Positions 20,473 to 29,648 of a stretch of 64,000 nucleotides of DNA are shown one piece after another. Where the stretch lies: IMG/VR virus record IMGVR_UViG_3300042923_000474, positions 62,001 through 126,000 of that record. The stretch is one strand, 5' to 3'. A program made the position numbers and the translations under genes. A model generated the notes under the pieces. That model ran no database searches and was not told the DNA's origin. It was given only the letters and a program-made list of their open reading frames with translations. Every line of letters begins with the position of its first letter. Within the stretch, counting starts at the first letter, position 1.

Positions 20473-20505
20473 CCCGCTCTCCCCACGGGGAGGGCGGGCG
20501 TATGC
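20473..20505 (+). terminator. Hairpin followed by TATGC
   Basis: CCCGCTCTCCC/GGGAGGGCGGG stem; TATGC 20501-20505; tandem junction. Confidence 0.7.
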
Positions 20506-20534
20506 TATGATTCTCAATCCACAGGAGCAGTCCA

Positions 20535-23500
20535 ATGGCCGCTTACAACGTCTGGTTCGATAAAGAACCTGGCCGCTATACCAGTCCCCAGACCATTGGC
20601 TGGACTGTGTCTGATCAGGTTGACTTCTTTGCCATCTCGCAAGGTGACCTCCCGGCTGCTATTTCCGAGTACATCGCTTACGACACCCTGACCCCACCGA
20701 ACCCTTTCATCGCGGTAACGCAGGACGGTACAGGTAACGTCGTTTATGATGGCGGCTTCCCCAAGTTCATGAATGCGTCAGCTCCACCGGCTGGGATCAA
20801 TGCTTCGATCACTATGGAGTTCCGGGCTACCTGTACGGGCGTAGCTGCTGGTGTCAATGCCTTCTACTACAACGCATTCACCGATCTGGCATGTCTGATT
20901 GCAGCGGGTGACAAGCTCGTGTACGACATGTGGCAGAACAACAGCCTTGCCCGAGCAGGTATTGACGGGGTTACCTCCCTGACCCCACCGGACCCACACT
21001 ACTCATTGCGAGATTGGGAAGGCGGATACATCGTTGACCAGAACGGACTGGCCTCCCATCCTGCAACAGATCTGGGTGGTCGAGCCACTAACCAGTGGTA
21101 TCACCGTGAGTTCGACCTGACTCGCTGTGCAGGCTTCACGTTCAATCGTTGGTCGATGGCCTTCGAAGGCGAGTCTGCGGGCGACTTTGCTTGCCGCTTC
21201 CGTGACGTCTATATCTTGGACAGCGCCGGTCGTATTAAGTACACGTTGTTTAAGGATTCCATGCGTCTGCCGGGGAATTCCTCAACTGAAGTAGGGGCGA
21301 GTGGCTACACCAATCTGGTCAAGCAGCTTTACGACCCACGGGCTCAGTTAGCAGGTTCCTACAAGTACCTGTTCAACGCCGTGCATTTTTGCTCCAACAC
21401 CAAGAAGAACGCGGCGGGTAACAAGAAGATTCTGATCTTGGGTGACCACACCAATGCATCTTCTACCTATGCGGTTAAGAGCACTGACCCTAGTGGCTTC
21501 TTTACCAGCATGACCAACCTGTGTGCGGCGCTCGGCTACACGCCAACGTTCAAGGACTTGGGTGATTATGGTGGCACCCAACTGAATCCAACACTGGCTG
21601 AGTTGGAGCAGTACAGTCTGGTGTTGATGTTCTCTACGGCCTACCACCAGCAGAACGCTCCACTGATTACTCCGGCAGCTGTGGATGCGTTTGTGGCGTA
21701 TCGTTCGGCGGGTAGCGGCATTATCCTGATCACCGACCATGGCAGTGCCGTGATTACCGACATCGCCCAAGTCAACCAACAGGTGGCTACATCGGCGGGC
21801 TTCTACGGTACCTGTAACCGGATTGCCACGCGTTTCGGTGCATGGTTCACTGGTAACTTTGACCGCTCTCCGGTTAACGTAGGTTTCCTGCGTTCGACGT
21901 ATGGCGAGCATCCTCTCTGGGCGGGGCTGGCCAACGATGAAAGTATCATTGCCGGGGGCTCTGAATCCAAGGTAATGATCAGTCCCTTCACCAAGTACAC
22001 CAAGACCTCCCTGCCTCCGGCGATCTCACTGCAGACGCCGCAGCGTAAAGTGGTTCAGGTAACGGCCAAGCTGAAGAACGGTGAGGCTGAAACCTTCCGA
22101 GTGGTGTTCATCTACGGTGACGGTTCGCTGATTAAGTGGACGGCTGACGGCAGCACCGAAGTGACCAGCGTCGACATCAAGTGGGCATGGACCATGTTCC
22201 TCGATCTGAAGTTCGACACGGCAGGATTAGGTACGCTGACAGGTTCCATTTACAAGAACACCACCAAGATCGGCGAGATCCTTTCGTCCGACGACGGCGA
22301 TGTTAAGGTAACCTGGTATTCGGGTGCCGTCTCCAACCACACCTTCTTGAATGGGGATGTGTTGCGGGCGGCTCTGGAAAACCCAATCAGTGCTTCTGCC
22401 AGTGTGGCGATCAGTCGCTGGAACTTGGAACAACTCAAGGGGCGTTCCAAAGCAGAGATTGCTCAGCTGATCAGTCACAAGTACGGGGCTGACACCGTAG
22501 CGGGTCCAGAAGCCAAGTTCCCACAGCGAGCCATTCGTGCTGCGGGGCGTGGTGTTCGTTCCATCTTGCCGAAGGATGCCATCATTGATGGTTACGGTAA
22601 GGTGCTGGACTGGGTGAGTGCAGGTCAGATCATCCGCATGCTCAAGGAGTTCGCCAAGGGTAACTTCCCACGGGTTCCGCTGAACGTTCTACTGTACGAG
22701 GACCAAGCGAAAGCCAACGTGGCCATGGCCAACTTCACCCCACCCACGCCTAAGCAGATCTTCGACACATGGGGTCGCTTCTCGAATCAGGAATGGTACG
22801 AGCCTGGGGTTGTTCCGCCTGCTGGTTCTGAGGCGGCTGGCTGGTCGTGGGATGCAGCTTCCAACAGTGCCAAGTCCACGGTCAACTCTGCGAGCACGAT
22901 TGGTTTTGTGTCCAAAGAGAAGGTAGAGGAATACATCCACGATGTGACCTTCACCTCCAGCAATGCTGACGACGATTCCATCTGCGTGGTGATTGCTGCT
23001 GCGAAGACGGGTAATCTGGTTGAGCACTTGACGTTGGTGGCAAGCCCTGGTGGTTACGGCACTGCACCGATCATGTTGGTGTACAACCTCGCTACAACGG
23101 GTGCCAAAACACTGGTAGAGCGTAACGTCATTGCGTTCGGTACACCTAACAGTGGGCTGACGCCATGGAGCGGTCGATCCATCCGGGTTAACATCAACCG
23201 TCGTGGGTCAAGCGTTACCATCGGCTACACGAACTGGAACGACCCATTGGGCCCGATCGTGGATACCTTCACGTTCGACATGACCAGCGAACCTTTACTG
23301 CACAACCTCTTGGGGCCACAGCAGTACGGCTACGGTGCCATGTCTCAACCTGATGTGACGTTCAAGAACATCCAGTTCTATGGCGGGGTGATGCTGCAGA
23401 CACTGACCGTAGCTTCGACGGGTGCGGTGTATCGTTGGAACGGTTCGGCTTGGGCTCCGGTAAACGGGGTTAAGTTGAAGGATGTGTACGGGACGCAGCG

Positions 23501-24014
23501 TAAGTTGATCTCGTACCTGACAACGCAAGAGTTCTACATCGACAAGAATGGGGTGGTGACTAAACTGACCGACCCTGCTCCCATGTTGTTGTCCCCTCTG
23601 GTGAACTCCGCCTTCAAGAACCCTGTAACCAATGCGGTGTTGTCGCCACAGTACAAGGTTTACTCGGCCAGCTACGGGTGGCAATCTCTGCCGGCTAACC
23701 TGACGATGTATTACTACGCGGACATGTACTTCCCAGCGGGAGACTACTGGTTCATCGGTGCTGCGGATGATCAGTTGACTGTCGAGATTGATGGGGTGGT
23801 GTATGGAAATCTGGGTGGTGGTTATGTAGAAGGAGCCGCTGTTCAGAAATTCAAAGTCACACTCACTGCAGGTACACACAAGTTGAAACTGACTAACGTG
23901 AACGTCCCTGCTGGTACGCCTGGGTATTGGTACATGTTGATCCTCAACAGTGCAGGTGCCATATTCCACGAGCCTACTCCGGGCACTTGGAAAACACTCG
24001 ACGCAATCGGGTAA
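20535..24014 (+). CDS. Large modular virion/tail-associated protein (1159 aa) with lectin-like and PA14-like domains
   Basis: Gly/Ser/Thr/aromatic-rich; beta-sandwich-like segment SSNADDDSICVV; C-terminal FIGAADDQLTVEIDG...GTHKLKL PA14-like pattern. Confidence 0.6.
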   Translation: MAAYNVWFDKEPGRYTSPQTIGWTVSDQVDFFAISQGDLPAAISEYIAYDTLTPPNPFIAVTQDGTGNVVYDGGFPKFMNASAPPAGINASITMEFRATCTGVAAGVNAFYYNAFTDLACLIAAGDKLVYDMWQNNSLARAGIDGVTSLTPPDPHYSLRDWEGGYIVDQNGLASHPATDLGGRATNQWYHREFDLTRCAGFTFNRWSMAFEGESAGDFACRFRDVYILDSAGRIKYTLFKDSMRLPGNSSTEVGASGYTNLVKQLYDPRAQLAGSYKYLFNAVHFCSNTKKNAAGNKKILILGDHTNASSTYAVKSTDPSGFFTSMTNLCAALGYTPTFKDLGDYGGTQLNPTLAELEQYSLVLMFSTAYHQQNAPLITPAAVDAFVAYRSAGSGIILITDHGSAVITDIAQVNQQVATSAGFYGTCNRIATRFGAWFTGNFDRSPVNVGFLRSTYGEHPLWAGLANDESIIAGGSESKVMISPFTKYTKTSLPPAISLQTPQRKVVQVTAKLKNGEAETFRVVFIYGDGSLIKWTADGSTEVTSVDIKWAWTMFLDLKFDTAGLGTLTGSIYKNTTKIGEILSSDDGDVKVTWYSGAVSNHTFLNGDVLRAALENPISASASVAISRWNLEQLKGRSKAEIAQLISHKYGADTVAGPEAKFPQRAIRAAGRGVRSILPKDAIIDGYGKVLDWVSAGQIIRMLKEFAKGNFPRVPLNVLLYEDQAKANVAMANFTPPTPKQIFDTWGRFSNQEWYEPGVVPPAGSEAAGWSWDAASNSAKSTVNSASTIGFVSKEKVEEYIHDVTFTSSNADDDSICVVIAAAKTGNLVEHLTLVASPGGYGTAPIMLVYNLATTGAKTLVERNVIAFGTPNSGLTPWSGRSIRVNINRRGSSVTIGYTNWNDPLGPIVDTFTFDMTSEPLLHNLLGPQQYGYGAMSQPDVTFKNIQFYGGVMLQTLTVASTGAVYRWNGSAWAPVNGVKLKDVYGTQRKLISYLTTQEFYIDKNGVVTKLTDPAPMLLSPLVNSAFKNPVTNAVLSPQYKVYSASYGWQSLPANLTMYYYADMYFPAGDYWFIGAADDQLTVEIDGVVYGNLGGGYVEGAAVQKFKVTLTAGTHKLKLTNVNVPAGTPGYWYMLILNSAGAIFHEPTPGTWKTLDAIG

Positions 24015-24016
24015 CA

Positions 24017-24063
24017 GCATAGACCCCCTGCCCGCAATGGGCAGGGGGCTTGTGCCTTTATGC
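24017..24063. terminator. Bidirectional hairpin terminator
   Basis: CCCCCTGCCC-GCAAT-GGGCAGGGGG; GCATA 24017-24021, TGTGC 24051-24055 and TATGC 24059-24063. Confidence 0.75.
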
Positions 24064-24798
24064 TGCTTCCAGAACGTTGCCTGGTTTCAAGCCTTCGGCC
24101 ATCATGGCTTTCAGTTTGACCAGACATTCACCGCGAGTGATCGCGCCGTCTTTGTTCACGTCCAGACCCGAGTTCTGACGGTAGGTGGTAGGACGGCTGT
24201 TCTGATCCCAGAGGATGTAGTCGTCCGACTGACCCACGCCACGCGGCCAGAGAATAGCCATGTACAGGTCACCCAGGTTCTTCAACTTGCCAGTGTACGG
24301 CATGAAGTATTTGAGCACGTAATCCAGCTGCTCCTCTGCCGACATCTTGGCCAGTTTGGCACAGGCTTCGATACCCGCTGCTTTCTTCTGGGCATCAGAC
24401 ATCTTGGCGATGGCCGCTGGCGTGTTGAAGTAGGCAATCGCGGTAGCCGGCATGAACTGAATCAAACCAGTAGCGCCAGAGCCTGCCTTGTTCACTACGG
24501 AAGCCGAGAAGGTACGACCCGACTCCCACGCGATACAGGTCATGAGATCGGACAGGCCAGCAGGTGGCATGTTCAATGCGGCGACAATGTTACGGGCCTT
24601 GTCGAGGAAGGGTTTGGAAACCTTCGCACCCCATGCAATTTGCATTGGTTTAGTTCCTGTTTGAGTTTGTTGAACAATCCCGATTGCCCGATCAAAGGCG
24701 CCTTGGGACCCACTACCCCACAGCCCGTCAATGTCGCCCGTATAAAGGCCAACAGTCGCCAGACCACGTTGCAATTCTTTGAATGTTTCTTTAGACAT
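24058..24798 (-). CDS. Modular endolysin: peptidoglycan-binding domain plus lytic transglycosylase/lysozyme-like domain
   Basis: ELQRGL..VGLYTGDIDGLWG binding motif; CIAWESG (catalytic Glu), GATGLIQFMP, LYMAILWP; GAAGGAG RBS. Confidence 0.9.
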   Translation of the reverse strand: MSKETFKELQRGLATVGLYTGDIDGLWGSGSQGAFDRAIGIVQQTQTGTKPMQIAWGAKVSKPFLDKARNIVAALNMPPAGLSDLMTCIAWESGRTFSASVVNKAGSGATGLIQFMPATAIAYFNTPAAIAKMSDAQKKAAGIEACAKLAKMSAEEQLDYVLKYFMPYTGKLKNLGDLYMAILWPRGVGQSDDYILWDQNSRPTTYRQNSGLDVNKDGAITRGECLVKLKAMMAEGLKPGNVLEAA

Positions 24799-24856
24799 GT
24801 AAGTCTCCTTCACCAGTCACAGAATAGCCCTAGCTATAAGAAACTAGGAGCAAACC

Positions 24857-25339
24857 ATGAAGAATGACCTTACTATCTTCCACGACGCATCTGGCAACCC
24901 TACTCAGGTATTGATGTCGTGGGTGGAATATCAGAAGCTTTTATCCGGCAAACCCAAACTGGATGGAGCGGCACTGCAGACTAACCCTAACGAGATTCGT
25001 CTACCGGGTGCTGGTAACTATGCACTTAATGTTGTTGACTTGGTTGCTCGGTTAAAGACTTGGGGGTTTTCCATCATCCCCATCTGTGCCAGAGCCAAGA
25101 AGCTTACCGAGTTTGAGGGTTATGAAAAGAACTCTCTGGAGTACGTCATTCGTGCCGACATCCTTGGCCCAGAATCACCTTACCACAACACCATGCAATG
25201 TACGACGTTGGTCATAGAGGCCTTGGTACACAGCGGGTGGTTTGAGCGATGTAAGGACAAGGGCCCACGGTATTCCGATGGTCGACCTTTTGTTGAAACG
25301 TACTACCGCGCAGTAATGTGTCTAAAAATTAAAGACTAG
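24857..25339 (+). CDS. Hypothetical protein with a Phd/YefM antitoxin-like N-terminus
   Basis: IFHDASGNPTQVLMSWVEYQKLL matches the G.P..Vlms..eY..L pattern; AGGAG RBS. Confidence 0.6.
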   Translation: MKNDLTIFHDASGNPTQVLMSWVEYQKLLSGKPKLDGAALQTNPNEIRLPGAGNYALNVVDLVARLKTWGFSIIPICARAKKLTEFEGYEKNSLEYVIRADILGPESPYHNTMQCTTLVIEALVHSGWFERCKDKGPRYSDGRPFVETYYRAVMCLKIKD

Positions 25340-25343
25340 GGAG

Positions 25344-25658
25344 ATGGCAATGAGTAACATGTTTTGGATGGCGGCTGGTGGTTTGGTTCTGGCGATGGTC
25401 CTGTTGTTTGGCGCACTGCTGGTGGTGCAGTTGTCGGCTCGGGTGCGATACATCCCGTATTCGATTCCAGAAGGAGACTACGCCATCAGTGGAATAACGG
25501 CCAATCATTTCCGATTCTCTGGCTCTGTAAAAACTGACGACGTACATGATCACAAAGGAGCCGAATGGGCTATCCGTGCGTGGGCGTTCAGGCGTGGTGT
25601 TAAGGTTAAAGTAATCACGCACATTGCAAGTGGAAAGCTTATCTACGAACGTAAGTAA
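25344..25658 (+). CDS. Small single-pass membrane protein
   Basis: N-terminal TM helix, basic C-terminal domain. Confidence 0.7.
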   Translation: MAMSNMFWMAAGGLVLAMVLLFGALLVVQLSARVRYIPYSIPEGDYAISGITANHFRFSGSVKTDDVHDHKGAEWAIRAWAFRRGVKVKVITHIASGKLIYERK

Positions 25659-25768
25659 CAAAGGCTCAGCTGTATGTATTGAGGAACACGGCGTTAAATC
25701 CATTGGCGTGGCTCAGTCGACACCTCGCAACATCTCCTACTACAGCAGCACCTATCGAGACAACCACC

Positions 25769-27337
25769 ATGCAAAAGATTGCAGCTTTCGTAAGCAAGAC
25801 CAACCAGGATTGGCTAATCCCAATCAATGAGTTGAAGACACTGGACACGGGTATTTGCGATATCCTCAACTTCCAGCGTATGACACAAGACGATGAGTTC
25901 GCAGGCGACATCCTGTACGGTTGGTCCGAAGGCATTGCCGACAACCGTAAACACTGCGTAGCGCCATTGGTGCACGTACTGGTTAGCGAACGTCTGTCTC
26001 ACGCTGTCATGAGCAACTACGGCGAAGACAAGCAGCTGCCAGCCGTGTTCATCATGCCGAGCACTCCTCGCAGCATGGATTGGGTCATTGTACTGCATTT
26101 GTTCGCGTACAAGCGTCCGCAAGAATTCGCATTCACCGAGAGCCGTGGTCTGCTTAAGGTGAATCAAGAGAGTCCGGTCTACAGGCACTGGGCTGCCGAG
26201 CGTGTATCCCATGAGTGGCTAGGTGATACCGCTGCCCCTAACTTCTGCTATGGCCTGTTCCCGACCATGCCCCGACCTGCACCCCTCGGCGTCGATAAAG
26301 ACCTGACGGTGGAAGTGGCTCACGGTGGCATGATCTGTCGCGAATACTGGGCAGACTGGGTGTTCAACTACCATCATGGCAAAACCGCTGCCATCACGGT
26401 CGACTCTGTGGTTTCCCAAGTGCAGGAAGTCGAAGAGCGCATCCGCAAGATTGGTGGAACAGAGCGCCTTCTTAAGGTCATGCCATCGGACAGCGACGAG
26501 TTCCGTCTGGACATTCTTCGTGCTACTGGCCGCGATCTACTGGAAGCCATGCGCAGAGCTAAGCTGTCTGACCTGATTGTGTTCTTCTCCCAGGCAGGCG
26601 AACTGCGCTACGTGGCCGACCCAGAAGGTCATCTGATCGATACCGACTCCGGCGCTGGTGCAGAGATTGCTGCTGCTGTACTTGCAGCGGGTAGCCGAAC
26701 GACTGGTGATGGCATTGATACCGTGTCTGATAAACTAATGGTGGTCAGGCCAGCAGACACTGCACATTACAAGGAACAGGTCCAGCGGGTATTGGGCTCT
26801 CCAAAGTATCTGTCGGTGTTTACCACGGCCAAACAGTACGGCTTAACCCTGGAGTTCAGTCAGTCCGGTAAACTGGTTAGTCTGCGTGATGGGGCAGGTA
26901 ATCTGGCTGACATGCGCGGTGGTTGGGGGTTGCACTTGGTTGAGTTGTGTACCCAGGCAGCAGCGTCCAAGCGCGTCGTTGAGGTCGTCCCGGTCGGGAC
27001 CAAACTTAAGGCCGAGTTCTACGACCTGGCACAGTTCATCGGCAAGAACCGTCCCCTTAAAGGCATGGCCGACATTCCAACTCAGACTCGTCTGGGCAAT
27101 AAAGAGGCGTACCACTACCCTCCATACTGCTCACCGATTCAGGGCATTCTGGAAAAGTCACAGACCCTGCAATACGCTCAGGAAGCTGGGTTGGTGATCG
27201 TCACCTTGAACGACGACTTCCAGCAGCTGGTCACAATCTGTGATTCGTCAGGCCATGAGATCTGTATCTCTCGCGGGATGGGCAATGACATTGCTCGTGC
27301 CTTCGGTGGGGTCGTCGGACGCACCGCTCAGAAGTAA
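25769..27337 (+). CDS. Hypothetical protein with three C-terminal repeats (start uncertain, 25679 possible)
   Basis: Long ORF; repeat A...L...FSQ.G.L....D..G......G.G. Confidence 0.7.
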   Translation: MQKIAAFVSKTNQDWLIPINELKTLDTGICDILNFQRMTQDDEFAGDILYGWSEGIADNRKHCVAPLVHVLVSERLSHAVMSNYGEDKQLPAVFIMPSTPRSMDWVIVLHLFAYKRPQEFAFTESRGLLKVNQESPVYRHWAAERVSHEWLGDTAAPNFCYGLFPTMPRPAPLGVDKDLTVEVAHGGMICREYWADWVFNYHHGKTAAITVDSVVSQVQEVEERIRKIGGTERLLKVMPSDSDEFRLDILRATGRDLLEAMRRAKLSDLIVFFSQAGELRYVADPEGHLIDTDSGAGAEIAAAVLAAGSRTTGDGIDTVSDKLMVVRPADTAHYKEQVQRVLGSPKYLSVFTTAKQYGLTLEFSQSGKLVSLRDGAGNLADMRGGWGLHLVELCTQAAASKRVVEVVPVGTKLKAEFYDLAQFIGKNRPLKGMADIPTQTRLGNKEAYHYPPYCSPIQGILEKSQTLQYAQEAGLVIVTLNDDFQQLVTICDSSGHEICISRGMGNDIARAFGGVVGRTAQK

Positions 27338-27355
27338 GTAATACCACGCCAATGG

Positions 27356-27395
27356 CGCCCCCTAGTCTCCTAATTGGGGGCTAGGGGGTGTATGC
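27356..27395 (+). terminator. Hairpin followed by TATGC
   Basis: CGCCCCCTAGTCTCC-TAATT-GGGGGCTAGGGGGTG then TATGC. Confidence 0.7.
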
Positions 27396-27404
27396 CGTTA
27401 TGTG

Positions 27405-27434
27405 CGATTTAACTGATTTTCAAACCTACATTAC
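27405..27434 (+). promoter_or_regulatory. Putative early (virion RNAP) promoter
   Basis: CGATTTAACT-N6-CAAACCTACATTAC; near copy at 30445-30474; ends in a TATTAC-like core as recalled for phiKZ early promoters. Confidence 0.7.
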
Positions 27435-27488
27435 CAACATGAAGCGCGTCAATAAGCTTCTTCATTATCCACAGAAAGGAGTCTAGTT

Positions 27489-27632
27489 ATGTTGAAACAT
27501 ATCGCTGTACCTGCCATCTTCTTGGCAGTCGCTGTCGGTGTCTGCGGCCTGTTCGCTACACTTGAATCTGGTCGACAGGATGCATCGACTTATGCCACAC
27601 CCCAAGCTGCAATCGCGGCTAACTTCAAATAA
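27489..27632 (+). CDS. 47-aa membrane peptide (absent from the ORF track)
   Basis: AGAAAGGAG RBS; MLKHIAVPAIFLAVAVGVCGLFATLESGRQDASTYATPQAAIAANFK; TAA at 27630-27632. Confidence 0.7.
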   Translation: MLKHIAVPAIFLAVAVGVCGLFATLESGRQDASTYATPQAAIAANFK

Positions 27633-27641
27633 GGATGTTGT

Positions 27642-27965
27642 ATGTTTGACAATGATGTTACGGTTCTCTGCATCAGCGGTACTGCCTACTTGCTGTTGCT
27701 GATTGTGTTCTATTACAAGATCAAGCGTATGTACGCCAAGGTCTTGTCCAGGAAGGTTTCTCAAACAGAGGGAGGTAATCTGGATATCGTGGTATGGAAT
27801 GACACGCACGGCAGGACTGAGTACCTGAGTGTGGATACTTGCATACCGCTGGAAAAGTCTGCATCCGTAATTCGGGCTGTACGGATGTGGGGGATTGTAC
27901 GGAGAAAGTCCATCATCGAGATCAAGGATGTCAATGCATCCAAGATCCTGTATCGAACCTACTGA
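27642..27965 (+). CDS. Small single-pass membrane protein
   Basis: TM helix AYLLLLIVFYY; AAGGA RBS. Confidence 0.7.
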   Translation: MFDNDVTVLCISGTAYLLLLIVFYYKIKRMYAKVLSRKVSQTEGGNLDIVVWNDTHGRTEYLSVDTCIPLEKSASVIRAVRMWGIVRRKSIIEIKDVNASKILYRTY

Positions 27966-27975
27966 GGGGTTTTAC

Positions 27976-28818
27976 ATGAATCGTCGTATCTTACCTGCGG
28001 TGCTTATCATTGCGGGGGTTGTGGGGTTGGTCACTGTCTGGTTGGAGGTGATGTCTTCTGGCGTCGTGCCACGCTGGTCGGCCTTTACCTTCCCCATCGG
28101 CTGGGTGTTGTTTGCCATTCTGCTCATTTCGATCAACCGCACCATGACCGTCAAGGACGATCTGATCGCCCGGAAACAGGCGACCAATGATCGACTGACT
28201 GAACAGTGCCGACTGACGCAGACGAATGTCGAGAATCTGGAACGTCAGGTTAGCGGCATACAGGACCAACTGCGTTCGGCGCAACATGCCCACTCCATGG
28301 TGTCGCTGGATCTGGCTACTCAGAAGTTGTTTGTTCGTCGCCTGAACGGCATCTGTGCGGACAACGGCATTGACACCCGTGCAGCCAACGTCCCACCTGC
28401 TGAAGCTGGACGTGAACTGAACAGCAGTCGTGTGGCCCGCGAGAACCCAGTAGCACCACCACCGGTGCCGCAATCTTTGCGTGGCCAAGTGGTCTCTCAG
28501 CGTCGTTCCATGTCTTCGCCTAATCCATCCAGTTCGCCTGTCATCCGTGACACCGACAATGGTGGTTTCGACGGTCTCATGGCCGGTGTGCTGATCGGGT
28601 CGATGCTGAGTGACGATTCTTCGGCGTCGCCACGTCGTGAGCCTGAACCAACCCGTTGCGAACCAGCCCCGACTTATTCGGAGCCTGTCCGTAGCGAACC
28701 GTCTTATTGTGAACCCACCCGCAGTTCAGGTGGCGACAGTTGGGGCGGTAACAGTTCCTCGTCCGAGTCGTCTTCCTCATCGGGTGATTCCGGTGGCGGT
28801 AGTGGCGGCGGCGATTAA
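27976..28818 (+). CDS. Membrane-anchored coiled-coil protein with a Ser/Gly-rich tail
   Basis: Two N-terminal TM helices, coiled coil, GGFDGLMAGVLIGSML, low-complexity C-terminus. Confidence 0.75.
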   Translation: MNRRILPAVLIIAGVVGLVTVWLEVMSSGVVPRWSAFTFPIGWVLFAILLISINRTMTVKDDLIARKQATNDRLTEQCRLTQTNVENLERQVSGIQDQLRSAQHAHSMVSLDLATQKLFVRRLNGICADNGIDTRAANVPPAEAGRELNSSRVARENPVAPPPVPQSLRGQVVSQRRSMSSPNPSSSPVIRDTDNGGFDGLMAGVLIGSMLSDDSSASPRREPEPTRCEPAPTYSEPVRSEPSYCEPTRSSGGDSWGGNSSSSESSSSSGDSGGGSGGGD

Positions 28819-28825
28819 CCCTCTT

Positions 28826-28855
28826 GCCCCCGGCCAAGTGCCGGGGGCTTTATAC
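28826..28855 (+). terminator. Hairpin followed by TTTATAC (variant motif)
   Basis: GCCCCCGGC-CAAGT-GCCGGGGGC. Confidence 0.55.
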
Positions 28856-28873
28856 CCACGTTCTAAGGAGAAC
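28855..28873 (+). promoter_or_regulatory. RBS-sequestering hairpin element 1
   Basis: CCCAC-GTTCT-AAGG-AGAAC, 3 nt before ATG 28877. Confidence 0.65.
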
Positions 28874-28876
28874 ACA

Positions 28877-29638
28877 ATGTCCTCAACTTTTCCAGGTGCA
28901 ACTCGTCCTAGTCGTGAAGCAGACGATTGCCCATGTCAATACGACGACTGCACTGAAGTGGCCACGCAGGAATACTGCACTGAAGTGGACAGCATGGGCG
29001 GTGAGTGGCTGCCCCTGTGCGATGAGCACATCGTGCAGTTCAAAGAAGATGTAGCCAATGCCAATGCCATCTCTGACGGTGAGTGTGATTGGTGTAAAGC
29101 AAGAGATGTGCAGGTAGCCCCCTTCCGTGACTGGCAGGAAGGCACTCAGGGACCCGTGTACGAGGTTTGCGAGACTTGCCGCGGCAAGAGTATAGATGAG
29201 GCCAACAAGCTGGCAGACAACGTCCCAGAGGACGAGGAGGATATCAATGGCGACGTTGATACTTTCGCGCAGATGCCAGAGCTGGACGATGACGCCATCG
29301 GTGAGATGTTCTTTGCCCCAGGCGTTGGACGCAGTGCTGATTACGACTGTGATGAACTGAACCTGTTCAAGCATTCGAACATTGGTGAACCCATTCGGTC
29401 TGACCACCACTTCAACCTCAATGGTCCGATGCTGGTAGATGGTCAACTGGGTTTCTCTGCACACTTCCAGGACGGCATCCACTTTGTGATTGCGCTGGAT
29501 CTGGATCTGGGGATGATGTTCTGGGGGGTTAGTTTTGATAACCCGCTTTACTTCATCGCCATCGGCCCTCGTGTTAATCGCATTCGTCTTCGCCTAGCCG
29601 CCCTTGGCTACCGCGTACTTGACACTGAAGAACTTTAA
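28877..29638 (+). CDS. Cys-rich, acidic putative Zn-binding protein
   Basis: CPCQYDDC, LCDEH, CDWC, CETC motifs. Confidence 0.7.
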   Translation: MSSTFPGATRPSREADDCPCQYDDCTEVATQEYCTEVDSMGGEWLPLCDEHIVQFKEDVANANAISDGECDWCKARDVQVAPFRDWQEGTQGPVYEVCETCRGKSIDEANKLADNVPEDEEDINGDVDTFAQMPELDDDAIGEMFFAPGVGRSADYDCDELNLFKHSNIGEPIRSDHHFNLNGPMLVDGQLGFSAHFQDGIHFVIALDLDLGMMFWGVSFDNPLYFIAIGPRVNRIRLRLAALGYRVLDTEEL

Positions 29639-29648
29639 GGATAGTCCC

